Part shown: piece after piece, positions 48,060-59,522 of the stretch | Layout: every line of letters begins with the position of its first letter | Position numbering within the stretch: the first letter of the stretch is position 1 | Origin: Alkalispirochaeta sp. | GTDB lineage: Bacteria; Spirochaetota; Spirochaetia; DSM-27196; Alkalispirochaetaceae | Direction of reading: 5' to 3' | Assembly: GCA_965601925.1 (NCBI GenBank) | Contig: OZ271854.1 | Location: 4,896,001 to 4,960,000 of the forward strand | Length of the DNA: 64,000 bases | Program-made: the position numbers and the translations under genes | The notes under the pieces: generated by a model | What the model was told of the DNA's origin: nothing | Databases searched by the model: none | What the model saw: the letters and a program-made list of their open reading frames with translations, nothing else

Positions 48060-49850
48060 ATGAACGCTTCGCACCCGGTGGCGGTCCTGCCGCCGGAAGT
48101 CTCGCGGCGTATCGCCGCGGGAGAGGTTATCGAGCGTCCCGCGTCGGTCGTCCGTGAGCTGTTGGACAACAGCCTGGACGCCGGCTCGAGGGCGATCGAT
48201 CTATTGTGGACCGCCGGCGGGCGCGAGGAGATCCGCATCGCCGACGACGGGCGCGGTATGAGCCGCGCCGACTTAGAGCTGTGCTGGCTCCCCCACGCGA
48301 CCAGCAAAATCAAAACCATAGAAGATTTGGAACGCACCGATAGTCTCGGGTTTCGCGGAGAGGCGCTGTCGAGTGTCGCCGCGGTAAGCGAGCTGGAGAT
48401 CGCGACGTCGATCGAGGGTGCCGAAACGGGCCATCGCTTGCGCGTCCGAGAGGCCGAACTCGTCTCGCTGGACGCCGCGCCGCCCGGACGGGGCACCACG
48501 GTCGTCGTACGACGACTCTTTGCCAACCTACCGGCGCGACGACGCTTCCTCGCGCGCTCACAAGCCGAGACGCATGCGATTCGCAACGTCATCATGGATA
48601 AGGCGCTCCCCTTTCCCGACGTTCGCTTCACCCATCGCTCCGATGCCGCCTCGGTACGCGTACTTCCTCCCCAGTCGTTGATAGAGCGATGTGCGGAGGT
48701 CTTCGGCGCCGCGGCTCCGCCTCAGAGTCTGAAACGGATAGAGGGCGGCGGCGACGGGTTCACGGTGACGCTCATCGCCGCCGAGCCGGCGATCGTCAGG
48801 CGCGACCGACGACTGATCCAGGTGTTCGTGAATCGGCGCCGCGTGTGGGAGTACAAACTGATCCAGGCGGTGGAATACGCGTATCGCGACGTGCAGCACG
48901 GCGGTCTGTTTCCCGTCGCGGCGGTACTCGTCGATATCGACCCGGCATTGGTCGACTTCAACATCCACCCGGCAAAACGCGAGGCTCGCTTGAGAGTCGG
49001 CGGCGAGATCCACCATCGCATCGTCGGGCTCCTCCGTTCGTTCCTACGCGCCTACGCGGTACGAGCCGTTCAGCTCGGACCCGACCTACCGTCCCTATAC
49101 GGCGATCGCGATAGGGAGGCCGCACGCGCACCGGAGGGCGTTGCCGAGCGCCCTTCGCCGAGTACCGCGGGGCGTGCGGAGACCGTGCCGCAACGGCCCG
49201 CCCACGGATCGGTACGGCACTCCGTCGCGGCGCGGGCGATACACGGTAAGACCCCGACAACCGGCACGCGTGCACCGGCCTTCGATTCCGCCACCCGTGC
49301 GGTGCCCGACGATGAGGATCTGGTATACCGGGGGACACTCTTCGGTACGTTCATCATCGTGGAACGACGGGATCGGGCGTGGATTATCGACCAGCACGCG
49401 GCCCACGAGCGCATCCTCTACGACCGCTTTGCCGCCGACAGGACGTCCCAACCCCTACTGGTACCCGCGGAGTTCGAGACGAGTGAGGATCAGGACCGGC
49501 TGCTCTCCCGTCACGCAGACGAATATCGCGAGATCGGTATGGTGCTCGAGCGCGTCGCCGATTCGCGATGGCGTCTTTCGGCGGCGCCGACCGAGTACCG
49601 CGCCAATGTCGAGGACCTCATCGATACGATCTTGGAACTGGGCGGCCTCAATGAGGCGCTCGACCGAACCTTCATCGCCGAGATGGCGTGCAAAGCCGCG
49701 CTCAAAGCGGGCGACTATCTCGACGATATGACCGCCGTCGAGCTTGCTCGCCGGACGCTTGCGCTCCCCGAGCCGCGCTGCCCTCACGGTCGTCCGCTGT
49801 GGATCGAACTGACCCGCGCGGACCTCGAAAAACTGATCGGACGGCGATAA
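48060..49850 (+). CDS. mutL: DNA mismatch repair endonuclease MutL
   Basis: IAAGEVIERPASVVRELLDNSLDAG, HATSKI, GFRGEAL, DQHAAHER, ACK and CPHGRP. Confidence 0.97.
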   Translation: MNASHPVAVLPPEVSRRIAAGEVIERPASVVRELLDNSLDAGSRAIDLLWTAGGREEIRIADDGRGMSRADLELCWLPHATSKIKTIEDLERTDSLGFRGEALSSVAAVSELEIATSIEGAETGHRLRVREAELVSLDAAPPGRGTTVVVRRLFANLPARRRFLARSQAETHAIRNVIMDKALPFPDVRFTHRSDAASVRVLPPQSLIERCAEVFGAAAPPQSLKRIEGGGDGFTVTLIAAEPAIVRRDRRLIQVFVNRRRVWEYKLIQAVEYAYRDVQHGGLFPVAAVLVDIDPALVDFNIHPAKREARLRVGGEIHHRIVGLLRSFLRAYAVRAVQLGPDLPSLYGDRDREAARAPEGVAERPSPSTAGRAETVPQRPAHGSVRHSVAARAIHGKTPTTGTRAPAFDSATRAVPDDEDLVYRGTLFGTFIIVERRDRAWIIDQHAAHERILYDRFAADRTSQPLLVPAEFETSEDQDRLLSRHADEYREIGMVLERVADSRWRLSAAPTEYRANVEDLIDTILELGGLNEALDRTFIAEMACKAALKAGDYLDDMTAVELARRTLALPEPRCPHGRPLWIELTRADLEKLIGRR

Positions 49851-49880
49851 AAAAAAGCCACCGACGTGACGTCGGTGGCT
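49849..49880 (-). terminator. Intrinsic terminator for glpFK, between convergent genes
   Basis: AGCCACCGAC-loop-GTCGGTGGCT with a T-run on the minus strand. Confidence 0.8.
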
Positions 49881-49904
49881 CCCAATCCAAACGGACGGTG
49901 AAGT

Positions 49905-51410
<1,506 letters not shown>

Positions 51411-51516
51411 TTAACCTCCGTCTTTTGATTTCCAACCAACGTTGTGTAAAAAGGGGTCGCCTCGAAGACGCGCGCTCGGTCGCGCCTCGAAACGTCCCCT
51501 TATGATCCTAACCCGA

Positions 51517-52260
51517 TTACGTGAGACCCGCTACGAAAACCCACAAGAGGCAGCCGAGAATACCGCCGACGATGGGGCCGATAATCGGAACGGTGAGGCC
51601 GTAGCCCCAGTCGTTGTCGCCCTTGCCCTTGATGGGCAGGATCGCGTGGGCGATACGAGGTCCGAGGTCGCGGGCGGGATTGATCGCGTAGCCGGTCGGT
51701 CCACCGAGAGAGAGACCGATCGAGAAGATCAGAAAACCGACGACGAACGGATTCATAGCGCCGGTTCCGGCGTTGAGCCCGAAGGTGTGGCCGATACCGA
51801 GGATACCGAAGAGAAGCATCGCCGTACCGATGATCTCGGTCACGAGGTTCCAACCGGTGTTGCGTACCGCCGGGCCGGTAGAGAAGGTCGCCAGCTTGAG
51901 CGCCGCATCGTCGGTCTCGTCGAAGTGCTGCTTGTAGCTGAGATACACGAGTACCGCACCGAGGAAGGCGCCGATGAGCTGCGCCACGATGTAACCGGGG
52001 ACGAGCGCCCACGGGAAGGCGCCGATGACCGCGAGGCCGATCGTTACCGCGGGGTTGATGTGAGCGCCGGAGACCCAGCCGGTTACATATACGGCGAATG
52101 CGACCGCGAGTCCCCATCCGGTAGCGATGACGATCCAGCCGCTCGAGTTACCCTTTGTCTTGCCGAGAACCACGTTCGCAACGACGCCGTCACCGAGTAG
52201 GATCAGGATCATCGTTCCCACGACTTCCGCGAGATACATTGCCATCGGGGAAAAATTCAT
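51517..52260 (-). CDS. glpF: Glycerol uptake facilitator (MIP aquaglyceroporin)
   Basis: SGAHINPAVT and GYAINPARDLGPR; upstream of glpK. Confidence 0.96.
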   Translation of the reverse strand: MNFSPMAMYLAEVVGTMILILLGDGVVANVVLGKTKGNSSGWIVIATGWGLAVAFAVYVTGWVSGAHINPAVTIGLAVIGAFPWALVPGYIVAQLIGAFLGAVLVYLSYKQHFDETDDAALKLATFSTGPAVRNTGWNLVTEIIGTAMLLFGILGIGHTFGLNAGTGAMNPFVVGFLIFSIGLSLGGPTGYAINPARDLGPRIAHAILPIKGKGDNDWGYGLTVPIIGPIVGGILGCLLWVFVAGLT

Positions 52261-52338
52261 GCGCGCCTCCAAACTAAATTAGGATTTTTTGTTACGGTGT
52301 TACATCGTCTCGTGACATTTGTAACCCCGGCTGAAAAA

Positions 52339-52367
52339 ATGCTACACCCACTGTGAACGTACGTCAA
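52339..52367 (-). promoter_or_regulatory. Sigma70 promoter of glpFK
   Basis: TTGACG-17 nt-TAGCAT. Confidence 0.6.
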
Positions 52368-52486
52368 CAAAAACTTTCTTTTCTTTGGCCGAATATTCTC
52401 ATTCGGTCTTAATACATTATAACATAAGACATTACGTCGCCGCCGCCACCTTTCTCAGAGGATGATGAAACTTTGTAACTTCTTCG

Positions 52487-52515
52487 TTGACATACGTTCA
52501 TTCATGGTCTACCCT
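52487..52515 (+). promoter_or_regulatory. Sigma70 promoter of the G3P dehydrogenase operon
   Basis: TTGACA-17 nt-TACCCT. Confidence 0.6.
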
Positions 52516-52548
52516 GAATTCTGATACCAATAATTCCCAATATTCGAG

Positions 52549-54033
52549 GTGAACAGCGTGGAGCAGCGAAGGTACGATGTGGTGATCATCGGCGCCGGTA
52601 TCGTCGGTTCGATGGTCGCCAGAGAGCTATCGAAGTACCGCCTTTCGATAGCGGTCGTAGAAAAAGAGGCGGACGTCGGTATGGGACAGAGCACGTCCAA
52701 CAGCGCAATTATCCATTCCGGCCACGATCCGGAGCCGGGAACGCAGAAGGCGCGGTTGAACGTCCGGGGAAACGAACTGTGGTATGACATCGCCTCCGAG
52801 CTCGACGTACCGCTATCGAGGACGGGTGCGCTCATCGTCGCCGTCGGTGCGGAGGAACAGCAAGCGTTGTACCCTTTGTTGGAACGCGGCAGGTCGAACG
52901 GCGTCAAAGGCTTGGAAATCCTTACGCGGGAGCAACTACTCGAGAGAGAGCCGCAACTGAGTTCCGACGTATCCGGAGCGCTCTCGACCCCCACCGCGGG
53001 CGTGGTAGATGCCTTTCAGGGCGTGTTGGGTGCGGCCGAGAACGCCGCGACGAACGGCGTCGAGTTTCTCCTCGACACCGAGGTACGCGGCACGATCGTC
53101 GAGGACGGAACGCTGAAGGCGCTCACCACGACACAGGGAACGATTCACGCCGACTGGTTCGTCAACGCTGCGGGAGTGCATTCCGACGATATCATGCATA
53201 TGGCCGGAGACCATCCCGAGTTCGAGATCACCGTGCGCCGCGGGGAGTATTTCGTCTTCGATGAGTCGCGGCTCAACGTCGCACAAGTGCTCTTTCCGAT
53301 GCCCGGGGCAAAGGGCAAGGGTATCCTCGTCACGACCACCACGCACGGGAACACGATGGTCGGACCCAACAGCGATTATATCGAAGACAAGCACGACAGC
53401 TCGGTAACCGAGAAGGGTATGCACGAAATCCTCACCGGTGCGACCAAGTTGATACCCGGCGTCTCTCCTCGAGACGTGATCGCTACCTTTGCCGGCCTGC
53501 GCGCGACGGGAAATTACGCGCCCGAGGGACACGGAAAGGACTTCTTGATCGAGGTTTCGGGGAAAGTGCGCGGGCTGATTAGTCTCGCCGGTATCGAGTC
53601 GCCGGGGTATGCGTCGGCGCCGGCGATCGGCGAGTACGTAGCGGAGTTGCTCCGCGGCGAGGGTGTAGCCCTCGCGGAGAAGGCCGACTGGAATCCGCGC
53701 AGACGGGGTATTCCGCGTTTCAGGGATCTCGATCACGCAGCGCGTTCGGCGCTGATAAAAGAGAAGCCGGCGTACGGTCGCATCGTCTGCCGCTGCGAGG
53801 AGGTCACCGAAGGCGAGATCGTCGAGGCGATCCACTCCCCGATCCCCGCCACCACCTACGACGCGATTAAGCGACGCACGTGGCTCGGCACCGGTCGGTG
53901 TCAGGGCAGCTTCGACTATCCCCGTACCTTGGAGATCCTCTCGCGAGAGCTCGGAATCTCCATGACCGAGATCACCAAAAAGGGTCCCGGATCGGTGTTT
54001 TTGTATCGCAGGACAAAAGAGGAAGTGGTCTAA
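52549..54033 (+). CDS. FAD-dependent glycerol-3-phosphate dehydrogenase subunit with BFD-like [2Fe-2S] domain (GlpA-like)
   Basis: GAGIVG, NSAIIHSG, CRCEEVT...GRCQG; divergent from glpFK; the start may be 52558. Confidence 0.85.
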   Translation: MNSVEQRRYDVVIIGAGIVGSMVARELSKYRLSIAVVEKEADVGMGQSTSNSAIIHSGHDPEPGTQKARLNVRGNELWYDIASELDVPLSRTGALIVAVGAEEQQALYPLLERGRSNGVKGLEILTREQLLEREPQLSSDVSGALSTPTAGVVDAFQGVLGAAENAATNGVEFLLDTEVRGTIVEDGTLKALTTTQGTIHADWFVNAAGVHSDDIMHMAGDHPEFEITVRRGEYFVFDESRLNVAQVLFPMPGAKGKGILVTTTTHGNTMVGPNSDYIEDKHDSSVTEKGMHEILTGATKLIPGVSPRDVIATFAGLRATGNYAPEGHGKDFLIEVSGKVRGLISLAGIESPGYASAPAIGEYVAELLRGEGVALAEKADWNPRRRGIPRFRDLDHAARSALIKEKPAYGRIVCRCEEVTEGEIVEAIHSPIPATTYDAIKRRTWLGTGRCQGSFDYPRTLEILSRELGISMTEITKKGPGSVFLYRRTKEEVV

Positions 54034-55319
54034 TGGACGTGAACACCAACTACGACGTAATCGTCATCGGCGGAGGTCCCGCCGGTATCTCGGCGGCGAT
54101 CGAAGCGTATAAGGAAAATAAGGCGCGCGTACTGGTCATAGAGCGCAACGACAGTCTCGGCGGTATTCTTCCGCAGTGCATACACAACGGATTCGGCGCG
54201 GTCAACTTCGGCAACGATCTTCCCGGCCCGGAGTACGCTCACCGATACGAGACGGAGCTGCGGGGACTGCCCATCGATGTGATGCTGGATACGATGGTCG
54301 TCGATCTCACCTCGAATCTCGATATCTACGCGATGAACAGCGACGAAGGATATCTCCACTTTCGTCCCCGCTCGATCGTTTTGGCGATGGGGTGTCGCGA
54401 ACGTACGCGTTCACAGATACAGCTCCCGGGCACGAGAGCCGCAGGCATCTACACGGCCGGCACCGCGCAACGACTGGTCAACATCGAAGGCTATATGCCG
54501 GGGAACCGTATCGTTATTCTCGGCAGCGGCGACATCGGAATGATCATGGCGCGTCGCCTCACGATCGAAGGAGCCGAGGTGTTGGGCGTGATGGAACTGC
54601 TTCCGTTCCTTACCGGGCTGCGGCGTAACTACGTACAGTGCCTGCAGGACTACGGGGTTCCCCTCCACCTGAGTACGACGGTCAACCGCATCGTGGGAGA
54701 GCGGCGCGTCCAAGGAATCGAGACGGTCAAAGTGGACGATAGTCTCAAGCACGTTCCGGGAACCGAGGAGTTCATCCCGTGCGATACGTTGGTGCTTTCG
54801 GTCGGGTTGATTCCCGAGAACGAGCTCTCGCGCAAAGCGGGCGTGGAGCTCGACGTCAGAACCAACGGGCCGACGGTCGACTCCGACATGGCGACCAACG
54901 TCCCGGGTATCTTTGCCGCCGGCAACGTCACCGCGATCTACGACCTGGTCGACTACGTGAGCAAGGCCGGCGAGGTAGCGGGACGCGGCGCGGCGCAGTA
55001 CGCATCTATGCGCCGTCGTGAGAAACACTTTGGAGAAGCGGCGATTCGTATCAAACCGGGGGCCAACGTCGGGAGCGTCATTCCCCAACAGATCTACCTC
55101 GACGATCTGGATGATCGCGACGTCTACCTCAACATGCGGCCCAACGCGTTGTTGGAGCGCAATGTTACGGTGACGATCGGCGGCGAGGACGGTGAGGTGC
55201 TCCATTTTCGGGAGCAGTACGCCCGACCGGCGGAGATGATTATCCACAAACTCAAGGCCCGGGACGTCGCACGACTGAGAGAGAGCGGCGAGACCGAGGT
55301 GGTCGCCACCATTTCATAG
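54033..55319 (+). CDS. NAD(P)/FAD-dependent oxidoreductase, partner subunit of the G3P dehydrogenase
   Basis: GGGPAG, GGILPQCIHNGFG, GCRERTR, GSGDIG; TAATG coupling. Confidence 0.88.
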   Translation: MDVNTNYDVIVIGGGPAGISAAIEAYKENKARVLVIERNDSLGGILPQCIHNGFGAVNFGNDLPGPEYAHRYETELRGLPIDVMLDTMVVDLTSNLDIYAMNSDEGYLHFRPRSIVLAMGCRERTRSQIQLPGTRAAGIYTAGTAQRLVNIEGYMPGNRIVILGSGDIGMIMARRLTIEGAEVLGVMELLPFLTGLRRNYVQCLQDYGVPLHLSTTVNRIVGERRVQGIETVKVDDSLKHVPGTEEFIPCDTLVLSVGLIPENELSRKAGVELDVRTNGPTVDSDMATNVPGIFAAGNVTAIYDLVDYVSKAGEVAGRGAAQYASMRRREKHFGEAAIRIKPGANVGSVIPQQIYLDDLDDRDVYLNMRPNALLERNVTVTIGGEDGEVLHFREQYARPAEMIIHKLKARDVARLRESGETEVVATIS

Positions 55320-55332
55320 AGGATATGAGACG

Positions 55333-55728
55333 ATGAACGAGAGCAAACAAGGCGATTATCGCACGCGGATGGACATATGCCTTCGCTGCCCGAGAGGCTG
55401 TGAAGTCGAAACGATACTGAGCCCCGCCGACGAGATTCTTAATATCACCGGCAACAAGTGCAAACTGGGACGCGAATACGTGGAACAGGAGATCAACGAT
55501 CCGCGGCGCGTACTGCCGACAAGTGTGCGTGTTCGCGGCGGCACACGTCCCCTCGTTTCGGTGTGGACTCCCGAGCCGATGCCGAAGGGGCTTCTCATCG
55601 ATCTCGCCAAGGAGTCGCGCTCGATCGAGGTCGACGCGCCGGTACACGTCGGGGATGTAGTACTCGACGACTGGCGCGGTCTGGGCGTGCGCTTGGTGGC
55701 AAGCGCCGAAGTTCCCAAGAAGGCGTAA
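55333..55728 (+). CDS. DUF1667 family protein (small subunit)
   Basis: CLRCPRGC...GNKCKLG..Y..QE...PRRVLPTSV. Confidence 0.88.
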   Translation: MNESKQGDYRTRMDICLRCPRGCEVETILSPADEILNITGNKCKLGREYVEQEINDPRRVLPTSVRVRGGTRPLVSVWTPEPMPKGLLIDLAKESRSIEVDAPVHVGDVVLDDWRGLGVRLVASAEVPKKA

Positions 55729-55879
55729 CCGACGGGTCGCTCGGCGGTGAGGCCGAGTACGGAAGCGGCGACTGAGCGCGTCGGCGTCGCTCGGCCGACC
55801 GTCTCCCGGCGCAGTGGAAATCGTACCGGACGGCGAGGGCCCTGTTTACGCCGTCCTCTTTTGTGGCATGGTATGCGCC

Positions 55880-56434
55880 ATGCCGCACCTCTACGGACAA
55901 CGAGTTATCCTCAGGGAGTATCGTGAATCGGACTTCGAGCACGTCCGGCGATGGGTGAACGACCGCGAGGCGACCGCCAACCTCAGTCCGATATTCGACC
56001 GCGTTCAGACTGAGCCGATGACGCGATCCTTTTTCGACAAGCCGCTCAACAATGAGCTGCCCGGCCACTACTTCGTCATCGCCGATCGCGAGAGTGAACA
56101 ATACCTCGGACAGATCGACATTCGAACCCAAGACGATCCGAGTCGCCAGGCGAGCCTCGGCCTCATCGTCCCCGATCTCGCGAATCGAGGCCGCGGATAC
56201 GGGCGCGAGGCGACGGCCCTCATGCTCACCTTCGCCTTCGACACGCTCAATCTCCACAAGGTGTGGCTCCACGTTTTCGTGCGCAATGAAGGAGCGATCG
56301 GATTGTATCGCTCCTTAGGGTTCGTCACCGACGGCGTGTTACGGGACGACGTGTACCGCGGCGGCGCCTACCTGGACGTGATGATCATGTCGATACTCGC
56401 CGATGAATGGCGGTCGCGCGCCGGAGAGCGTTAG
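55880..56434 (+). CDS. GNAT/RimJ-RimL family N-acetyltransferase
   Basis: RGRGYGREA...AFDTLNLHKVWL...NEGAIGLYRSLGF. Confidence 0.92.
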   Translation: MPHLYGQRVILREYRESDFEHVRRWVNDREATANLSPIFDRVQTEPMTRSFFDKPLNNELPGHYFVIADRESEQYLGQIDIRTQDDPSRQASLGLIVPDLANRGRGYGREATALMLTFAFDTLNLHKVWLHVFVRNEGAIGLYRSLGFVTDGVLRDDVYRGGAYLDVMIMSILADEWRSRAGER

Positions 56435-57429
56435 TGCACCAATGTGCGATACCGCTTCACGAACTGTCCTCGGTCGTATGCAGTCGGGTCGGCGACGCGC
56501 GGCCGGCTGAGCATTCCTCGGAACTCCTCTATCGCGCCGTAGCCCTTCTCGCCCATCCACGCACGAAGGCGCTCGTTCATCTCTGCGACTACGTCGATTC
56601 CGCCGCGATAGAGTGCCGAGGCTACCTGCACGGTGTCTGCGCCGGCGAGAATCTGTTTGATTACCGCATTCCCGTCGTGGACGCCGGTTGAAGCGGCCAG
56701 ATCGCACGCCACATATCCACGCATGATCGCAATCCATCGCAACGACATATGCAATAACTCCGGCGTACTCAGCACGTTCGTCGGTACGATCTCGAGCGTA
56801 TCGACGTCGAAATCGGGGTTGAAAAACCGATTAAAGAGAACCAACCCGTCTATCCCGGAGTCCGAAAGCCGCTTGAGGGTGCGAGCCAAGAGGGTGAAAT
56901 GATACCCGACCTTAACGGCCACGGGAATCTTGACGTGCTTTCTCACCTCATCGACGATATTGAAATAAGTCTGCTCGAACGCCGCACCGTCCGCGATGGT
57001 CGGGTCGGAGGGCATGAGAAAGACGTTGAGCTCCAGCGCGTGAGCGCCGGCACGTTCGATCATATCGGCATAGGTCGGCCACCTCTCGGCGGTTATACAG
57101 TTTACCGAAGCGATGATGGGAATATCGACGGCGTCGCGCGCCTCAGAGATGAGCTTTATATAAGCGGTCATTCCGCTCTCGTCGTCGATAATATCGTCCA
57201 TATCGGCGGTCTCCGGAAAGACGTATCCGGGTCGTTCCATCGCCCGACGCGTCCGATCCATTTCGGCTATAATCTCCTCTTCAAAGAGAGACTTCAGCAC
57301 GACCGCACCGGCCCCCGCATCCTCTAATCTGCGCACATTGTCGACGTTGTCGGTGATACCGGAACTACCGGCGACCACCGGCGAAGACAATGTAAGTCCC
57401 ATGTAACTCGTTGTGATGTCCACTCGCAT
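56431..57429 (-). CDS. Dihydroorotate dehydrogenase-like protein
   Basis: GAGAVVLKSLFEE, IPIIASVNC, GLVLFNRF, ASTGVH...AGADTVQ. Confidence 0.9.
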   Translation of the reverse strand: MRVDITTSYMGLTLSSPVVAGSSGITDNVDNVRRLEDAGAGAVVLKSLFEEEIIAEMDRTRRAMERPGYVFPETADMDDIIDDESGMTAYIKLISEARDAVDIPIIASVNCITAERWPTYADMIERAGAHALELNVFLMPSDPTIADGAAFEQTYFNIVDEVRKHVKIPVAVKVGYHFTLLARTLKRLSDSGIDGLVLFNRFFNPDFDVDTLEIVPTNVLSTPELLHMSLRWIAIMRGYVACDLAASTGVHDGNAVIKQILAGADTVQVASALYRGGIDVVAEMNERLRAWMGEKGYGAIEEFRGMLSRPRVADPTAYDRGQFVKRYRTLVH

Positions 57430-57605
57430 ACCACTAAGCTACGCCCACAGGGACGGTAACGCAAGCGAAAAATCACACGCCATCTCGTCCCGATGAGCCG
57501 GTGTACCTCGAACAGACACGGCTCGCGGGAACCGCTCGCCGCGCATGGGCGTCCGGACCGTCGTTGACAGTGCACTCAATCCCGTGCTACGGTTCGCACT
57601 CAATT

Positions 57606-57679
57606 CGGGCTGTAGCGCAGGGGTTTAGCGTACTTGTCTGGGGGACAAGGGGTCGGCGGTTCAAATCCGCCCAGCCCGA
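57606..57679 (+). tRNA. tRNA-Pro(GGG); CCA not encoded
   Basis: CGGGCTG acceptor, CTTGT-CTGGGGG-ACAAG anticodon arm, GGCGG-TTCAAAT-CCGCC T arm; TTGACA at 57564. Confidence 0.93.
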
Positions 57680-58221
57680 GGCAAAAAGGGTGATCGGTAC
57701 CAACCGGTCGCCCTTTTTGTTTGGCCTTGGGGCGGATTTGAAACGGAGTTGCGGCGCGAATACCTGGAGCGCACATCGGCACGACGCCGATGTAGCAACG
57801 GAGGCGGGTCGAAGGGAGCCGGCAGGACGCCGGCGACCGCAGACCACATCCGCCCAGCCCGATAGAAACAGCATTCGGCCGTGGATGCGACGCATTCACG
57901 GTTTTTTTGTGCTCTCGGTCGAAGAAAGCGGATTTGAACCGAGGGAGCGCCGAGCGATAGCGAGGAACAGCGGCCACGGACGGCCGCGACAGCGACCAAG
58001 GCGGCCCGGATAGAGTCGGCAGGATGCCGGCGATAGGAGGACAAATCCGCCCAGCCCGAGGCAAAAAGGGTGATCGGTACCAACCGGTCGCCCTTTTTGT
58101 TTGGCCTTGGGGTGGATTTGAAACGGAGTTGCGGCGCGAATACCTGGAGCGCACATCGGCACGACGCCGATGTAGCAACGGAGGCGGGCCGGCGACCGCA
58201 AACCACATACCGCCCGACCCG
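57662..58221 (+). repeat. Tandem tRNA-3'-end-containing repeat units
   Basis: 57662-57808 equals 58042-58188 (147 bp, 1 mismatch); ATCCGCCCAGCCCGA recurs near 57848 and a degenerate copy lies near 58208. Confidence 0.9.
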
Positions 58222-58347
58222 GTTATAAAATTCTGTAACGCAGAAACTTACAACGCATCTTCGGGGTTTCGAGCCTCACAATGTGTGAGCAGATTGTGGG
58301 CAATTCTTCCTCTGTGATCGTTCCTCGAGAAACCGGACACCCACACC

Positions 58348-59391
58348 TCACGCATCGGCGCGGGGCGGGCCGACGCTGTCACGAACGATCAGCTTCGTTC
58401 CAATGCGTAATACCACTCGTTCAGGCGGATCCGTTTCGATTCGCTCCACCAGACGGCGCACGGCGAGCAGCGCCATACGTTCCTTGAAGACGCGTACCGT
58501 GGTCAATCGTGGGTTTAGATGATCTACATAAGGAAGGTCGTCGAACCCGACGATCGAAATATCTCGCGGCACGGAAAACCCGGTCTCGTTGAGTGCGCGC
58601 ATCGCACCGACGGCAATAATGTCGTTCGTTGCAAAAAACGCCGTTGGAAGTTGCGTTGCCTCGCCGATAAGCCTTCTTGCGTCTTCATACGCGTCGTTTT
58701 GCCTGGGGCGGACTCGTGTCGTATATCGGTCGTCGTACTCCAGACCCTCGGTCTGCATCGCGGCGATGCACGTCCGCTCGCGCTCCTCGAAATTACGATT
58801 TGATATGTTTGAGGAGAGCAGTCCTATCTTTTGGTGTCCGAGGGCAATGAGGTGTGAAACGGCTGAACGAGCCCCCCCGACGTTATCGATCAAAACCGTG
58901 TCGACCTCGAACTCGGGGAACTGCTGGTCGATCACCACTATCGGCAGCGTTGGAGAGATAAAACGGCGTAACTCGGCTGCCGGCATCACCGAAGCGTCGA
59001 GTATGATCCCATCGGTCTCATACTTCATAAGTTTATGAAGCACGCTCTCGATATCGTCACCCTCGGAGACGTACGTAACGCGTAGCCCATACCCTTGACG
59101 TTGCGCCTCCTTTTCAATCCCACGCTGTATTTCAGCAAAAAACGGATTGTGCGATGCCTCTATATCGGTGCGATCATAGACGATAAAGGCCAGCGTTCCC
59201 GATTTGCTCGCTGCCGGCCGTCCTCGTGCACTGCGCTCGTAACCGAGTCGTCTCAAAAGCTCTTTTAGCTCCGCCCGCTTCCGTTCGCCGACGCCGGGGC
59301 GATCGTTGAGCACGAGTGAGAGCGTTGAGGCCGAAACGTTCGCCTCACGTGCAATCTCCGTCAATGTCAAACGTCTACCATGTTCCTGCAT
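58348..59391 (-). CDS. LacI-family transcriptional regulator
   Basis: TLTEIAREANVSASTLSLVLN; PTAFFATNDIIAVG; VPRDISIVGFDD. Confidence 0.95.
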   Translation of the reverse strand: MQEHGRRLTLTEIAREANVSASTLSLVLNDRPGVGERKRAELKELLRRLGYERSARGRPAASKSGTLAFIVYDRTDIEASHNPFFAEIQRGIEKEAQRQGYGLRVTYVSEGDDIESVLHKLMKYETDGIILDASVMPAAELRRFISPTLPIVVIDQQFPEFEVDTVLIDNVGGARSAVSHLIALGHQKIGLLSSNISNRNFEERERTCIAAMQTEGLEYDDRYTTRVRPRQNDAYEDARRLIGEATQLPTAFFATNDIIAVGAMRALNETGFSVPRDISIVGFDDLPYVDHLNPRLTTVRVFKERMALLAVRRLVERIETDPPERVVLRIGTKLIVRDSVGPPRADA

Positions 59392-59443
59392 CGATTCTCT
59401 TCTCTCACCATCCAAGGATAGCTGCAACCGCAAAAAGTTTCAG

Positions 59444-59501
59444 TTGACAGCGTAGCACACCGCCCATAGAATATTCAATAGAAAAAACATATTTTTTACT
59501 A
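59444..59501 (+). promoter_or_regulatory. Sigma70 promoter plus candidate LacI-type operator
   Basis: TTGACA-17 nt-TAGAAT, then the imperfect palindrome TAGAAAAAACATATTTTTTACTA (59479-59501). Confidence 0.7.
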
Positions 59502-59522
59502 AATAATATGCGGGAGGCACTC

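Noticed and set aside
57662..58221. CRISPR array
   Set aside because: The units are 170-195 bp and tRNA-derived, with no unique spacers and no cas genes.
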